Source: an uncultured Ruminococcus sp. | GTDB lineage: Bacteria > Bacillota > Clostridia > Oscillospirales > Acutalibacteraceae | Reading direction: 5' to 3' | Length of the DNA: 64,000 nucleotides | Assembly: GCA_902802795.1 (NCBI GenBank) | Contig: CADCNI010000002.1 | Span: 10,213-74,212 of the forward strand | In this document: positions 37,337 to 45,378 of the stretch, one piece after another | How the letters are laid out: each line of letters starts with the position of its first letter | Numbering within the stretch: position 1 is the stretch's first letter | Notes under the pieces: generated by a model | What the model was told of the DNA's origin: nothing | Databases searched by the model: none | What the model saw: only the letters and a program-made list of their open reading frames with translations | Program-made: the position numbers and the translations under genes

Positions 37337-37606
37337 ATGGGGGAATCGAATCTTTTCAAGGTGCTGTCCGACAGGAAGCGCCGCGAGATTCTGGTCATGC
37401 TCCGGAAAGGACGCATGAGCGCGGGAGAAATCGCGGAAGCGCTACAGATCACACCCGCCGCGCTGTCCTATCACCTCCGGCTGCTCAAAAGCGCCGATCT
37501 GGTGATGGAGTACAAATATAAAAATTATGTCTATTATGAAATCAACACGACCGTCTTACAGGAGCTGATTCTGTGGGTGGAGCAGTTTGGGGGAATGGGA
37601 CAATGA
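37337..37606 (+). CDS. ArsR/SdpR-family transcriptional repressor
   Basis: It has the wHTH (LSDRKRREILVMLRKGRMSAGEIAEALQITPAALSYHLRLL) and ATG 37337 follows GGAGG. The long upstream extension shown in the ORF track is not coding. Confidence 0.85.
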   Translation: MGESNLFKVLSDRKRREILVMLRKGRMSAGEIAEALQITPAALSYHLRLLKSADLVMEYKYKNYVYYEINTTVLQELILWVEQFGGMGQ

Positions 37607-38319
37607 AAACAGCCAAAAGAATCCTGTGGATCACGGCGTTTGTGTCGCTGGTCGGTACGGCGGCGGTGCTGCCGCTGATGCCTGAACGCGTGCCGATGCA
37701 TTACAACGCGGCGTGGGAGATCGACCGATGGGGAAGCAAATATGAAAATCTTCTTTTGCCGCTGATGACGGTCAGCATGGCGCTGTTTTTCGCGGCGCTG
37801 GCTTCCTATTATGAAAGGAAGTCCAAAGAGAATGCGGAGGACAAGGAGAGCGTGCAGGCGGCGTCCAATGCCAAGGTGATGTGGATTGTCGGCGCGGCGG
37901 TGACGGTGTTTTTTACCGCCATGCAGGGCATGATTCTGTATGCGGCTTACCATGGGGCGGCTTCGGACGGGTCGGCGCAGGCGGAGAATATTTCCAGAGT
38001 CACGTTTGTGCTGACAGGCGCTTTGTATATCGTGCTGGGCAATTATATGCCCAAAACCAGAAGGAACAGCACGGTAGGCATGCGGGTGTCGTGGAGCATG
38101 TACAACGACAGCACATGGCGCAAATGCAACCGGTTCGGCGGCATTGTGATGATGCTCACAGGTGTGGCGACGATGGTGACCGCGCTGCTGGCGGATGTGC
38201 TGCCTACGGTATTTCTGATGCTGGGCTATCTTATGGCGGCGACGGCGATCATGCTGGTGTATGCCCGCCGCGTGTATCGGGCGGAAATCCGGAGCGGGGA
38301 AAAAGAGGAAAATCCGTAA
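37603..38319 (+). CDS. SdpI-family membrane protein (DUF1648 + SdpI immunity-like domain)
   Basis: It has PERVPMHYN...WGSK (DUF1648) and N.TVGMRVSWSM...WRKCNRFGG (SdpI) motifs. The ATGA start overlaps the ArsR stop. Confidence 0.8.
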   Translation: MKTAKRILWITAFVSLVGTAAVLPLMPERVPMHYNAAWEIDRWGSKYENLLLPLMTVSMALFFAALASYYERKSKENAEDKESVQAASNAKVMWIVGAAVTVFFTAMQGMILYAAYHGAASDGSAQAENISRVTFVLTGALYIVLGNYMPKTRRNSTVGMRVSWSMYNDSTWRKCNRFGGIVMMLTGVATMVTALLADVLPTVFLMLGYLMAATAIMLVYARRVYRAEIRSGEKEENP

Positions 38320-38325
38320 AAAGTA

Positions 38326-38367
38326 AAAAGGTCTCGGTGCGTGTGGCGATGCACCGGGACCTTTTTT
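38326..38367. terminator. Bidirectional terminator between sdpI-like gene and mreB
   Basis: The stem aaaaggtctcggtgc / gcaccgggacctttt forms more than 11 bp and has A/T flanks. Confidence 0.8.
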
Positions 38368-38374
38368 CGTTTAG

Positions 38375-39406
38375 TCAAAACACATCGAGGGGCGAGGTGT
38401 CTTTTTCCAGCCTGTTCCGCGTGTCGATGAATCGGATGGCTTTGCCCGTGCCGAGCGCGACGCATTGGGCGGCGTCGGTGGCAACGGTGACGCTGAGTTT
38501 GGTGCGCTCCTCGATGAGCCGGTCGATGCCGTAGAGCTTCGCGCCGCCGCCTGTCAGCGTAATGCCGCCGCTGAGAAGATCTCCGGCGAGCGCGGGAGGC
38601 GTTTCCTCCAGCGTATGCTGCACGGCGCGGCAGATGTGAATGGCGGGTTCTTCAAAGGCTTCCAGAATATCCTCAGAGGTGAGCTGAATCATGTCGGGCA
38701 TGCCCGTTTTGGCATTCCGACCTTTAGCGGTGACGGTGAGCACCGCTTCGCGCGGTATCACGCAGCCTGCCTCCCGCTTGATGAGTTCCGCTGTGCGGGG
38801 TCCGATGAGCAGACCGAACCGCTGACGGATGTAGTCGATCAGCGCTTCGTTGAAGGAATGTCCCGCGTATTTGACCCAATGGGAGGTGGCCGTGCCGTTG
38901 AGCGTGAGCACGCCGATGTCGGTGGTGCCTCCGCCGATGTCGCAGACGATGCGCCCGCGGGGCTGCGAGATATCCACCCCTGCGCCCAGCGCCGCCGCCA
39001 CGACGGTTTCGATCAGATAGACTCTGCGCGCCCCGGCTGCCCGCAGCGATTCCACGACCTCGCTTTTTTCCACTTCCGATACGCCCGAAGGAACGCACAC
39101 CACCACGCGCGGCATAAAGATTTTGTTGCCGCAGACCTCTTTGACATAGGCGGTGAGCATGATCTCGGTCAGCCGGAAATTCCGGATGCGTCCGTATTCC
39201 ACAGGACTGACCACGGCGACGCTTTCCGGCGTGCGCCCCAGCATCTGCCGCGCGTCGGAGCCGAATGCGAGAATCTCGTCGGTGTCCCTGTCTACGGCGA
39301 CCATAGTGGGTTCCTCGAGAGCGATTCCGCGACTGGGCGTGTAGATTTTGACGGTGGTGGAGCCTAGGTCAATGCCGACGTCCATGCCAAGCGTTATTTT
39401 ATTCAA
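38375..39406 (-). CDS. mreB: Rod-shape-determining protein MreB/Mbl (actin-like ATPase)
   Basis: It has GIDLGSTTVKIY, DIGGGTTDI and LTGGGA motifs. Confidence 0.9.
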   Translation of the reverse strand: MNKITLGMDVGIDLGSTTVKIYTPSRGIALEEPTMVAVDRDTDEILAFGSDARQMLGRTPESVAVVSPVEYGRIRNFRLTEIMLTAYVKEVCGNKIFMPRVVVCVPSGVSEVEKSEVVESLRAAGARRVYLIETVVAAALGAGVDISQPRGRIVCDIGGGTTDIGVLTLNGTATSHWVKYAGHSFNEALIDYIRQRFGLLIGPRTAELIKREAGCVIPREAVLTVTAKGRNAKTGMPDMIQLTSEDILEAFEEPAIHICRAVQHTLEETPPALAGDLLSGGITLTGGGAKLYGIDRLIEERTKLSVTVATDAAQCVALGTGKAIRFIDTRNRLEKDTSPLDVF

Positions 39407-39462
39407 ATCCTGTTCCTCCCGCGTGATGTCATACTTCTGATCTCACCCGCATACAGATGAGA

Positions 39463-39789
39463 TCAGGAAAAACGCAGCCAGACGATGAAGGCGGCCAGCG
39501 CGACCTGCACCACCATGATGACGGGAATGCCGATCATGAATTTGGGGTGCTGGGTCTTGTGGCGAATCTTCTTCATGGTGGCGTACATGGCGAAGGAACC
39601 GCCCAGCGCCGAAATCAGCATAAGCTGGAATTCGGGAATGCGCCAGTAGTGGGAGGAATCCTTGGGAACATTGGCAAGCGCCTTGTCGCGTTTGGTCTGA
39701 TAGACCGCAAAGACGCTGATAACGATAAGGTAGACAGCTAAAACGGCAAGACTGCCGAGCAGAAAGGTATCGACGGATCTCATGGACAA
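39463..39789 (-). CDS. DUF1294 membrane protein
   Basis: The WRIPEFQLMLISALGGSFAMYATMKKIRHKTQHPKF core is characteristic of DUF1294. Confidence 0.8.
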   Translation of the reverse strand: MSMRSVDTFLLGSLAVLAVYLIVISVFAVYQTKRDKALANVPKDSSHYWRIPEFQLMLISALGGSFAMYATMKKIRHKTQHPKFMIGIPVIMVVQVALAAFIVWLRFS

Positions 39790-39914
39790 AAAACTCCTTT
39801 TTTCGATAGAATTTACACTTCGTACATCCGAAGGTAATTAAATAGTAGTATAATTATTCTATTAAGTCAATACATTTTTTGTGAATAATTACATATACTT
39901 GGGAGGAATGGCTT

Positions 39915-41195
39915 TTGAAAAGCAATCAGACAAAGGAAAAAAAGAAATCGGCACTCTTTTATGCCGTCATAGGATTGCTCACGGTGGGTATTGCGGTCGG
40001 TGTGTCACTGCCTTACCTGCTGCACAGGGGAGAGGGTATCCGGGTCAGAGATCACAGCGAGGGGGAATATCCCCGCAACGGCGACGGCGTCGATCAATAC
40101 GGTCGGCCTATGAACTCGTCGGACGAGTTGAGAGGCGTGTGGATTGCCTATCTGTCGCTCGACGGGGTGAACAAGTCCAAGATCGACAGTATGGTAAGCG
40201 CTGCCAAGGCGAATGGCATGAATACCATTTATTTCCATGTGAGGCCTTTTGGTGACGCGCTTTATGCGTCCGACTATTATCCCTGGTCCCACCTTGTCAC
40301 GGGTACACAGGGACAAGCGCCGTCCGACGGCTTCGATCCTCTTGCCTACGCTGTAGAAGCGGCACACCGCGAGGGCTTGCAGCTTCACGCGTGGCTCAAT
40401 CCCCTGCGCATCATGCTCAATTCCGGCGCCTATCCGCCTGCGCTTTCGGATGACAATCCCTATGTCGTCTGGCGCGGCGACGATAATTCCGACAATGACG
40501 ACTGGGTGATCGACTACAAAAAGGGCAAGTATTACAATCCCGCCATTCCTGAAGTGCGCGAGCGTATCGTGAGCGGCGTGCGGGAAATCGTGGAAAAATA
40601 CAATGTAGACGGCGTGCATTGGGATGATTATTTTTACCCCGCCTCCGACGGTTCCTTTGACGACAGCAAGACGTATGCGGCCTATCAGGCGGACGGCGGA
40701 AAGCTGTCGCTGCTCGATTGGCGCACGCAGAATATCAGCGCGCTGGTAAAAGCGGTTTACAGCGCCGTCAAGAAAGCGGACAAAACATGTGTGTTCGGCA
40801 TCAGCCCTGCCGGAAATATCGACAATTGCCTGAGCGCGGGCGCGGATGTCAAGACATGGGGCAGCACCGAAGGGTATGTGGACTACCTCGCGCCGCAGAT
40901 CTATTGGACGAGCGACAATAAGATTGCGCCCTTTGAGCCGATGTGCCGCAAGTGGCGGGCGCTGGTGAGCAGTGACAAAGTGAAGCTCTACATAGGGCTG
41001 GCGCTCTACAAGGCGGGTTCCGACAGCGACAGCGGCAAATGGCAGACGGCGGACGATATCATTATGAATCAGGTGTTGTTCACACGCAGCAGCGAAATAC
41101 ACGCGGACGGCTTCGCGCTGTATTCCTACGCCTATCTTGACAGCGAGCAGACTGCCGAGGAGATGAAGAACCTCCGTTCGGTGCTGGGGGAATGA
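39915..41195 (+). CDS. Glycoside-hydrolase-like family 10 protein (GHL10/YngK-like), membrane anchored
   Basis: An N-terminal TM is followed by RGVWIAY, YFHVRPFGDALY and LQLHAWLNP motifs. TTG 39915 lies 7 nt after GGGAGGA. Confidence 0.8.
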   Translation: MKSNQTKEKKKSALFYAVIGLLTVGIAVGVSLPYLLHRGEGIRVRDHSEGEYPRNGDGVDQYGRPMNSSDELRGVWIAYLSLDGVNKSKIDSMVSAAKANGMNTIYFHVRPFGDALYASDYYPWSHLVTGTQGQAPSDGFDPLAYAVEAAHREGLQLHAWLNPLRIMLNSGAYPPALSDDNPYVVWRGDDNSDNDDWVIDYKKGKYYNPAIPEVRERIVSGVREIVEKYNVDGVHWDDYFYPASDGSFDDSKTYAAYQADGGKLSLLDWRTQNISALVKAVYSAVKKADKTCVFGISPAGNIDNCLSAGADVKTWGSTEGYVDYLAPQIYWTSDNKIAPFEPMCRKWRALVSSDKVKLYIGLALYKAGSDSDSGKWQTADDIIMNQVLFTRSSEIHADGFALYSYAYLDSEQTAEEMKNLRSVLGE

Positions 41196-41219
41196 GATAA
41201 CGAGAATTTCCAAAAAACT

Positions 41220-41249
41220 TGACAAATAGGCGGGTTTGATGGTATCATG
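41220..41249 (+). promoter_or_regulatory. Promoter TTGACA-18-(TGg)TATCAT for the membrane PP2C gene
   Basis: The boxes lie at 41220-41225 and 41244-41249. Confidence 0.6.
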
Positions 41250-41294
41250 AATACAGGAAGTTCATCATTTAACGGAGAAAGGAGGAATGATCCG

Positions 41295-42194
41295 ATGGGC
41301 GGTGTTCCTGTCACGCTGGAAATTGCGGCTGTGACTGATATCGGTCAGAAGCGGTCGAGCAATCAGGATAATTTTTATGTCAACGGCTGTTATATTGACC
41401 ACTACAACGCGGTTGCCGAGCGGTTTGACGTGGTGGACAGTCTGAATGCCCATGTGCTGGCGGTGTGCGACGGCATGGGCGGGCAGGCGGACGGCGACGT
41501 GGCCGCCATGATCGGCGTATCGACGATATCGGATTATTCCGATTCGCTCCGGCAGTCCGAAAACAACCAGAACGCGTCCCGTACCGCGCGGCGTATGCTC
41601 CGCGAGGCCAACGGCAGGATATTGGAGAAATGCAAGGAGTCGGGCAAAAAGATGGGTTCTACGGTTTCCATGCTGGTGGTGGCCAATCAGTATGTCTATG
41701 CCTGCAATTTAGGGGACAGCGAAATCTATCATAAGACGCAGTACGGCATCGAGCGGCTGAGCAAGCCGCAGACCTTCGCGCAGGAACTGGTGGATATGGG
41801 AGCCATCTCCGAAGACCAGGCGAGTCGCTCTTACATCCGCAACCAGCTTTCTCAGTACCTTGGCATGGAAAATGTCCGTGGACTTAAGCCTAACGAGAAC
41901 TGTACCACCATTCGCAATGGGGACATGCTGCTCATCTGCTCCGACGGCGTTTCGGATGTGTTGCCCAATCATTCCATCTACGCTACTCTCAGTTCGGGCA
42001 GACCCGTGCGGGACATTGCCGACGCGCTGATTGAAAAGGCGCTGCGCAAGGGCAGCGGGGACAACCTCACCGTGGTGATTGCCAGAGTGCTGGATGACGG
42101 ACGTACCGCGATTCTGCGGCGGCGGCTGGCGCTGCTGTTGGGTGTGACGGCGGGTGTGGTGGCCTTTGTCGCTATGTTGCTGAGTCTGATCTGA
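41295..42194 (+). CDS. PP2C-family protein phosphatase with C-terminal membrane anchor
   Basis: It has DIGQKRSSNQDNF, CDGMGGQ and SDGVSD motifs plus a C-terminal TM (LALLLGVTAGVVAFVAMLLSLI). ATG 41295 lies 9 nt after GGAGG. Confidence 0.85.
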   Translation: MGGVPVTLEIAAVTDIGQKRSSNQDNFYVNGCYIDHYNAVAERFDVVDSLNAHVLAVCDGMGGQADGDVAAMIGVSTISDYSDSLRQSENNQNASRTARRMLREANGRILEKCKESGKKMGSTVSMLVVANQYVYACNLGDSEIYHKTQYGIERLSKPQTFAQELVDMGAISEDQASRSYIRNQLSQYLGMENVRGLKPNENCTTIRNGDMLLICSDGVSDVLPNHSIYATLSSGRPVRDIADALIEKALRKGSGDNLTVVIARVLDDGRTAILRRRLALLLGVTAGVVAFVAMLLSLI

Positions 42195-42372
42195 CGCAAT
42201 CATATATTATACATATTATACAAATCCTATTGGCAACACAAAAGGATTTTTGAAGGATAAACGATTCTTGCGCTGTTATCAAAAAATAGGTTGACTTTTG
42301 GACTTTATACCGTTAAAATATAGGATGCTAAGGTTTGTTATTTTCGCGTTTCGATTTGAGAGGTTGTAGCAT

Positions 42373-42930
42373 TTGAACGGTGTGATCATTGCCTGCCGTG
42401 ACGCGGGCATGGGGGAAAAGCTGGCGCAGGTTGTCTCTTCGTCCGGTATCAGGGTGCTGGGAACAGTCACCAAGGGCGCGTCGGCGCTGCACTTTGCGTC
42501 CCGTTTCAGCGGAGAAGGCGGCGTGCTGTTGTGCACCTATGCCATGAGCGATATGACCGTTATGGAACTTTTTCAGATCAGACCGGAGCATTTTGAGATA
42601 GTGGTGCTGTTGTCCGCCAGACAGCGGGCGATGGTGCGGGGCGAGGGCATGATCTGTCTGGATATTCCCCTCAACCGCCGTGATCTGATCGAAACGCTGG
42701 CGCTGCTTCTTGAGCGGGGCTGGCACGATAACAAGCCTAAACAAAAGGAGCAAAGACCCGCACCGCGCAGCAAAGCCGACAGCGACCTGATTTTCAGAGC
42801 CAAGGCGCTGCTGATGGAGCGCAACAACATGACCGAACCCGAAGCGCACCGCTTCATGCAAAAGAAAAGCATGGACACGGGGGAGAGTCTGGTGGCGGTG
42901 GCGGAAAAAATATGGAACGGAGTTTTGTGA
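42373..42930 (+). CDS. ANTAR-domain RNA-binding antiterminator with a pseudo-receiver N-domain
   Basis: The C-terminal ANTAR helices are present (IFRAKALLMERNNMTEPEAHRFMQKKSMDTGESLVAVAEKI). The N-domain is receiver-like but appears to lack the phospho-acceptor Asp and the conserved Lys. The start is TTG after GAGAGG. Confidence 0.8.
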   Translation: MNGVIIACRDAGMGEKLAQVVSSSGIRVLGTVTKGASALHFASRFSGEGGVLLCTYAMSDMTVMELFQIRPEHFEIVVLLSARQRAMVRGEGMICLDIPLNRRDLIETLALLLERGWHDNKPKQKEQRPAPRSKADSDLIFRAKALLMERNNMTEPEAHRFMQKKSMDTGESLVAVAEKIWNGVL

Positions 42931-43001
42931 GAATGAGCGTTGTACTTTCGGTTTTGTCAAAATCGCATACGAGTGCCGGAATTGCGACGGTTCTTTTTTC
43001 C

Positions 43002-43023
43002 GTTATTCCAATGAGGGGATAGC
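43002..43023 (+). promoter_or_regulatory. Candidate antiterminator hairpin with AAUGAG hexaloop, competing with the terminator at 43016-43047
   Basis: GUUAUUCC (43002-09), AAUGAG (43010-15) and GGGAUAGC (43016-23) form an 8-bp stem with 2 G.U pairs. The 3' arm is the 5' arm of the downstream terminator. Confidence 0.5.
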
Positions 43024-43047
43024 AGTTCATCTGCTATTCCTTTTTTT
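43016..43047 (+). terminator. Intrinsic terminator 25 nt upstream of the dapF start codon
   Basis: GGGAUAGCAG-UUCAU-CUGCUAUUCC forms 10 bp with one G.U, followed by U7. Confidence 0.8.
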
Positions 43048-43071
43048 ATGCTTACAGGAGGGAGAAACCAT

Positions 43072-43911
43072 ATGAAATTTACCAAGATGCACGGCATCGG
43101 CAACGATTATATTTACGTCAACTGCATGAACGGCATGGATTTTGACCCGTCGGAAACTTCCATCCGACTCAGCGATCGTCATTTCGGCGTGGGTTCCGAC
43201 GGCATGATTCTGATCTGTCCTTCGGAGGTTGCCGATTTCAAGATGCGCATGTTCAACGCGGACGGCTCGGAGGGGAAAATGTGCGGCAACGGTGTGCGCT
43301 GCTTTGCCAAATATGTTTACGCCAAGGGTCTGACCGACAAGACGGAAATCACCGTAGAAACGCTCGGCGGCGTCAAGACCGCGCAGCTCACCGTGGAGGA
43401 CGGGGAAGTGACCTCCGTCCGCGTCAACATGGGCGGCCCGATTCTGGAGCCTGCGCTCATCCCCGTCAAGTGGAACGGCGACAGCCTGATCGGTGAGGCA
43501 GTGTCCGTGGCGGGCGGCGAGTGGAACATCACCTGCGTGTCGATGGGCAATCCTCACTGCGTGGTATTCGTGGACGATGTGGACGGCATGGATTTAGAGA
43601 AAATCGGCCCGAAATTCGAGAACGACCCGCTCTTCCCCGAACGCGTCAACACTGAGTTTGTCAAAAAAATCGACGACAGCACGGTACAAATGCGTGTGTG
43701 GGAACGCGGTTCGGGGGAGACATGGGCGTGCGGCACAGGCGCGTGCGCCGTGGCGGTCGCGTCGATTCTCTGCGGTTATGTGACGAGCAACACGGTGACC
43801 GTCAAGCTGCGCGGCGGCGATCTTCGCATCGAGTGGAACCGTGAGGAAAACACCATCTACATGACCGGCCCCGCGACCTTTGTCTTTGAAGGGGAAGTTT
43901 CTTTAATGTGA
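43072..43911 (+). CDS. dapF: Diaminopimelate epimerase
   Basis: It has MHGIGNDY at the N-terminus and two catalytic Cys contexts (MCGNG and ACGTGA). Confidence 0.93.
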   Translation: MKFTKMHGIGNDYIYVNCMNGMDFDPSETSIRLSDRHFGVGSDGMILICPSEVADFKMRMFNADGSEGKMCGNGVRCFAKYVYAKGLTDKTEITVETLGGVKTAQLTVEDGEVTSVRVNMGGPILEPALIPVKWNGDSLIGEAVSVAGGEWNITCVSMGNPHCVVFVDDVDGMDLEKIGPKFENDPLFPERVNTEFVKKIDDSTVQMRVWERGSGETWACGTGACAVAVASILCGYVTSNTVTVKLRGGDLRIEWNREENTIYMTGPATFVFEGEVSLM

Positions 43912-43941
43912 AGTGTGAAATGTGAAATGTGAAATGTGAAA
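43907..43941 (+). repeat. Heptanucleotide tandem array (TGTGAAR)x5 containing the dapF stop codon
   Basis: The units are tgtgaag followed by four copies of tgtgaaa. The dapF TGA is at 43909-43911. Confidence 0.95.
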
Positions 43942-43964
43942 TTTCAAGCAGGAGGATAATAAAA

Positions 43965-45176
43965 ATGTTTACCATCAACGAAAATTTTGTCAAGCTGCCG
44001 GGAAGCTATCTTTTCTCGGATATCGCCAAGAGAGTGGCGGCTTATACCGCCGCGCACCCCGACCAGTCGATCATCCGTCTGGGCATCGGAGACGTGACCC
44101 GTCCGCTCGCTCCCGCCGTGGTGGAAGCCATGAAGCAGGCCTGCGACGAGATGGGCGAGGCGGCCACTTTCCGCGGCTACGGTCCGGAACAGGGCTATGA
44201 TTTCCTGCGGGAAGCCATCGCGGAAAACGACTACCGCGCCAGGGGCATTGCCATTTCTCCCGACGAGGTGTTTGTGAGCGACGGCGCGAAGTCCGACACC
44301 GGCAACATCGGGGATATCTTCGGCAAGGACAACATTGTGGCGGTGTGCGACCCGGTGTATCCCGTGTATGTCGATACCAATGCCATGGCGGGACGGGCAG
44401 GCGAGCCGCAGTCCGACGGCAGATGGAGCAGCCTTGTCTATATGCCCTGCACGGAGGAAAACGGATTTGCCCCCGCGCTGCCCGACAAAAAGGCGGACAT
44501 GATTTATCTCTGTTTCCCCAACAATCCCACAGGCGCTTCCATCACCTATGAGGGGCTGCAAAAGTGGGTGGATTACGCGCTGTCAAGCGGTTCGGTTATC
44601 CTGTATGACTCGGCGTATGAAGCCTTTATCACAGAGGACATTCCTCACAGCATTTTCGAGATCGAGGGCGCGAAGAAGTGCGCCATCGAATTCCGCAGCT
44701 TCAGCAAGACGGCGGGCTTCACGGGTACCCGCTGCGGCTACACCGTTGTTCCCAAGGAGCTGACCTGCGGCGGCGTTTCGCTGGGCGCGCTCTGGAACCG
44801 CCGTCAGACCACCAAGTTCAACGGCGTGCCTTACATCGTGCAGCGCGGCGCGGAGGCGGTTTATTCCGCGGAGGGACAAAAGCAGATTCGCGAGACAATC
44901 GCTTATTATCTCCATAACGCCAAGGTGATACGAGAGGGACTTGCTCAGGCGGGCTTTACCGTGTACGGCGGCGTGAACGCGCCTTACATCTGGCTGAAAA
45001 CGCCGGACGGCCTGACTTCATGGGAATTCTTTGACGAACTCATCAACCGCGCCGGTGTGGTCGGCACGCCCGGTTCGGGCTTCGGCCCGAGCGGCGAAGG
45101 CTATTTCCGCCTCACCTCGTTTGGTTCGCTGGAAAATTCCGTAGCGGCTATCGAGCGGATCAAGAAAGCGTTTTAA
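43965..45176 (+). CDS. dapL: LL-diaminopimelate aminotransferase
   Basis: The N-terminus ([21 protein letters not shown]) and the PLP Lys context ([10 protein letters not shown]) are typical of DapL. AGGAGG lies 10 nt upstream. Confidence 0.9.
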   Translation: MFTINENFVKLPGSYLFSDIAKRVAAYTAAHPDQSIIRLGIGDVTRPLAPAVVEAMKQACDEMGEAATFRGYGPEQGYDFLREAIAENDYRARGIAISPDEVFVSDGAKSDTGNIGDIFGKDNIVAVCDPVYPVYVDTNAMAGRAGEPQSDGRWSSLVYMPCTEENGFAPALPDKKADMIYLCFPNNPTGASITYEGLQKWVDYALSSGSVILYDSAYEAFITEDIPHSIFEIEGAKKCAIEFRSFSKTAGFTGTRCGYTVVPKELTCGGVSLGALWNRRQTTKFNGVPYIVQRGAEAVYSAEGQKQIRETIAYYLHNAKVIREGLAQAGFTVYGGVNAPYIWLKTPDGLTSWEFFDELINRAGVVGTPGSGFGPSGEGYFRLTSFGSLENSVAAIERIKKAF

Positions 45177-45246
45177 TCTTTTACCATGCCGCTTTTCTAC
45201 AATAAAAAGGCACAAAACCCCGCCGCATTTATCTAAAAATTCGATA

Positions 45247-45275
45247 TTGAAATTGTCATAACACTATGCTATAAT
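45247..45275 (+). promoter_or_regulatory. Promoter TTGAAA-17-TATAAT for carAB
   Basis: The boxes lie at 45247-45252 and 45270-45275. Confidence 0.6.
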
Positions 45276-45378
45276 TATATGAAATGTGTGTATCGCGAAA
45301 AGGCGAAAACAATGAGAAAACGGAGGTCTTTCCTGACCGACGTTGTCTCAAAAATACGAGAAAAGGAATGAACAGCAA

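Noticed and set aside
42961-43001. A first (P1) hexaloop hairpin to complete a canonical dual-hairpin ANTAR substrate upstream of dapF.
   Set aside because: Only weak candidates exist (for example gca-UACGAG-ugc, a 3-bp stem whose loop lacks A at position 1). I therefore report the P2-like hairpin only and flag the ANTAR link as a hypothesis.
43907-43941. Whether the heptamer arrays are CRISPR, a minisatellite assembly artefact, or a coding repeat (track ORF 43929..45176 starts MKCEISS inside the array).
   Set aside because: Seven-nt units without spacers are not CRISPR. The dapL start is better placed at ATG 43965, behind AGGAGG. An assembly artefact is unlikely because related arrays occur at at least six separate loci, but long reads should confirm this.
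45225-45260. An ARG-box/ArgR (AhrC) operator over the carA promoter -35 (AAAAATTCGATATTGAAATT).
   Set aside because: Only facing half-sites (ATTCG...TGAAA) are present. Alignment to the 18-bp TGAAT-w4-ATTCA consensus is poor on both flanks. I also saw no PyrR binding loop.
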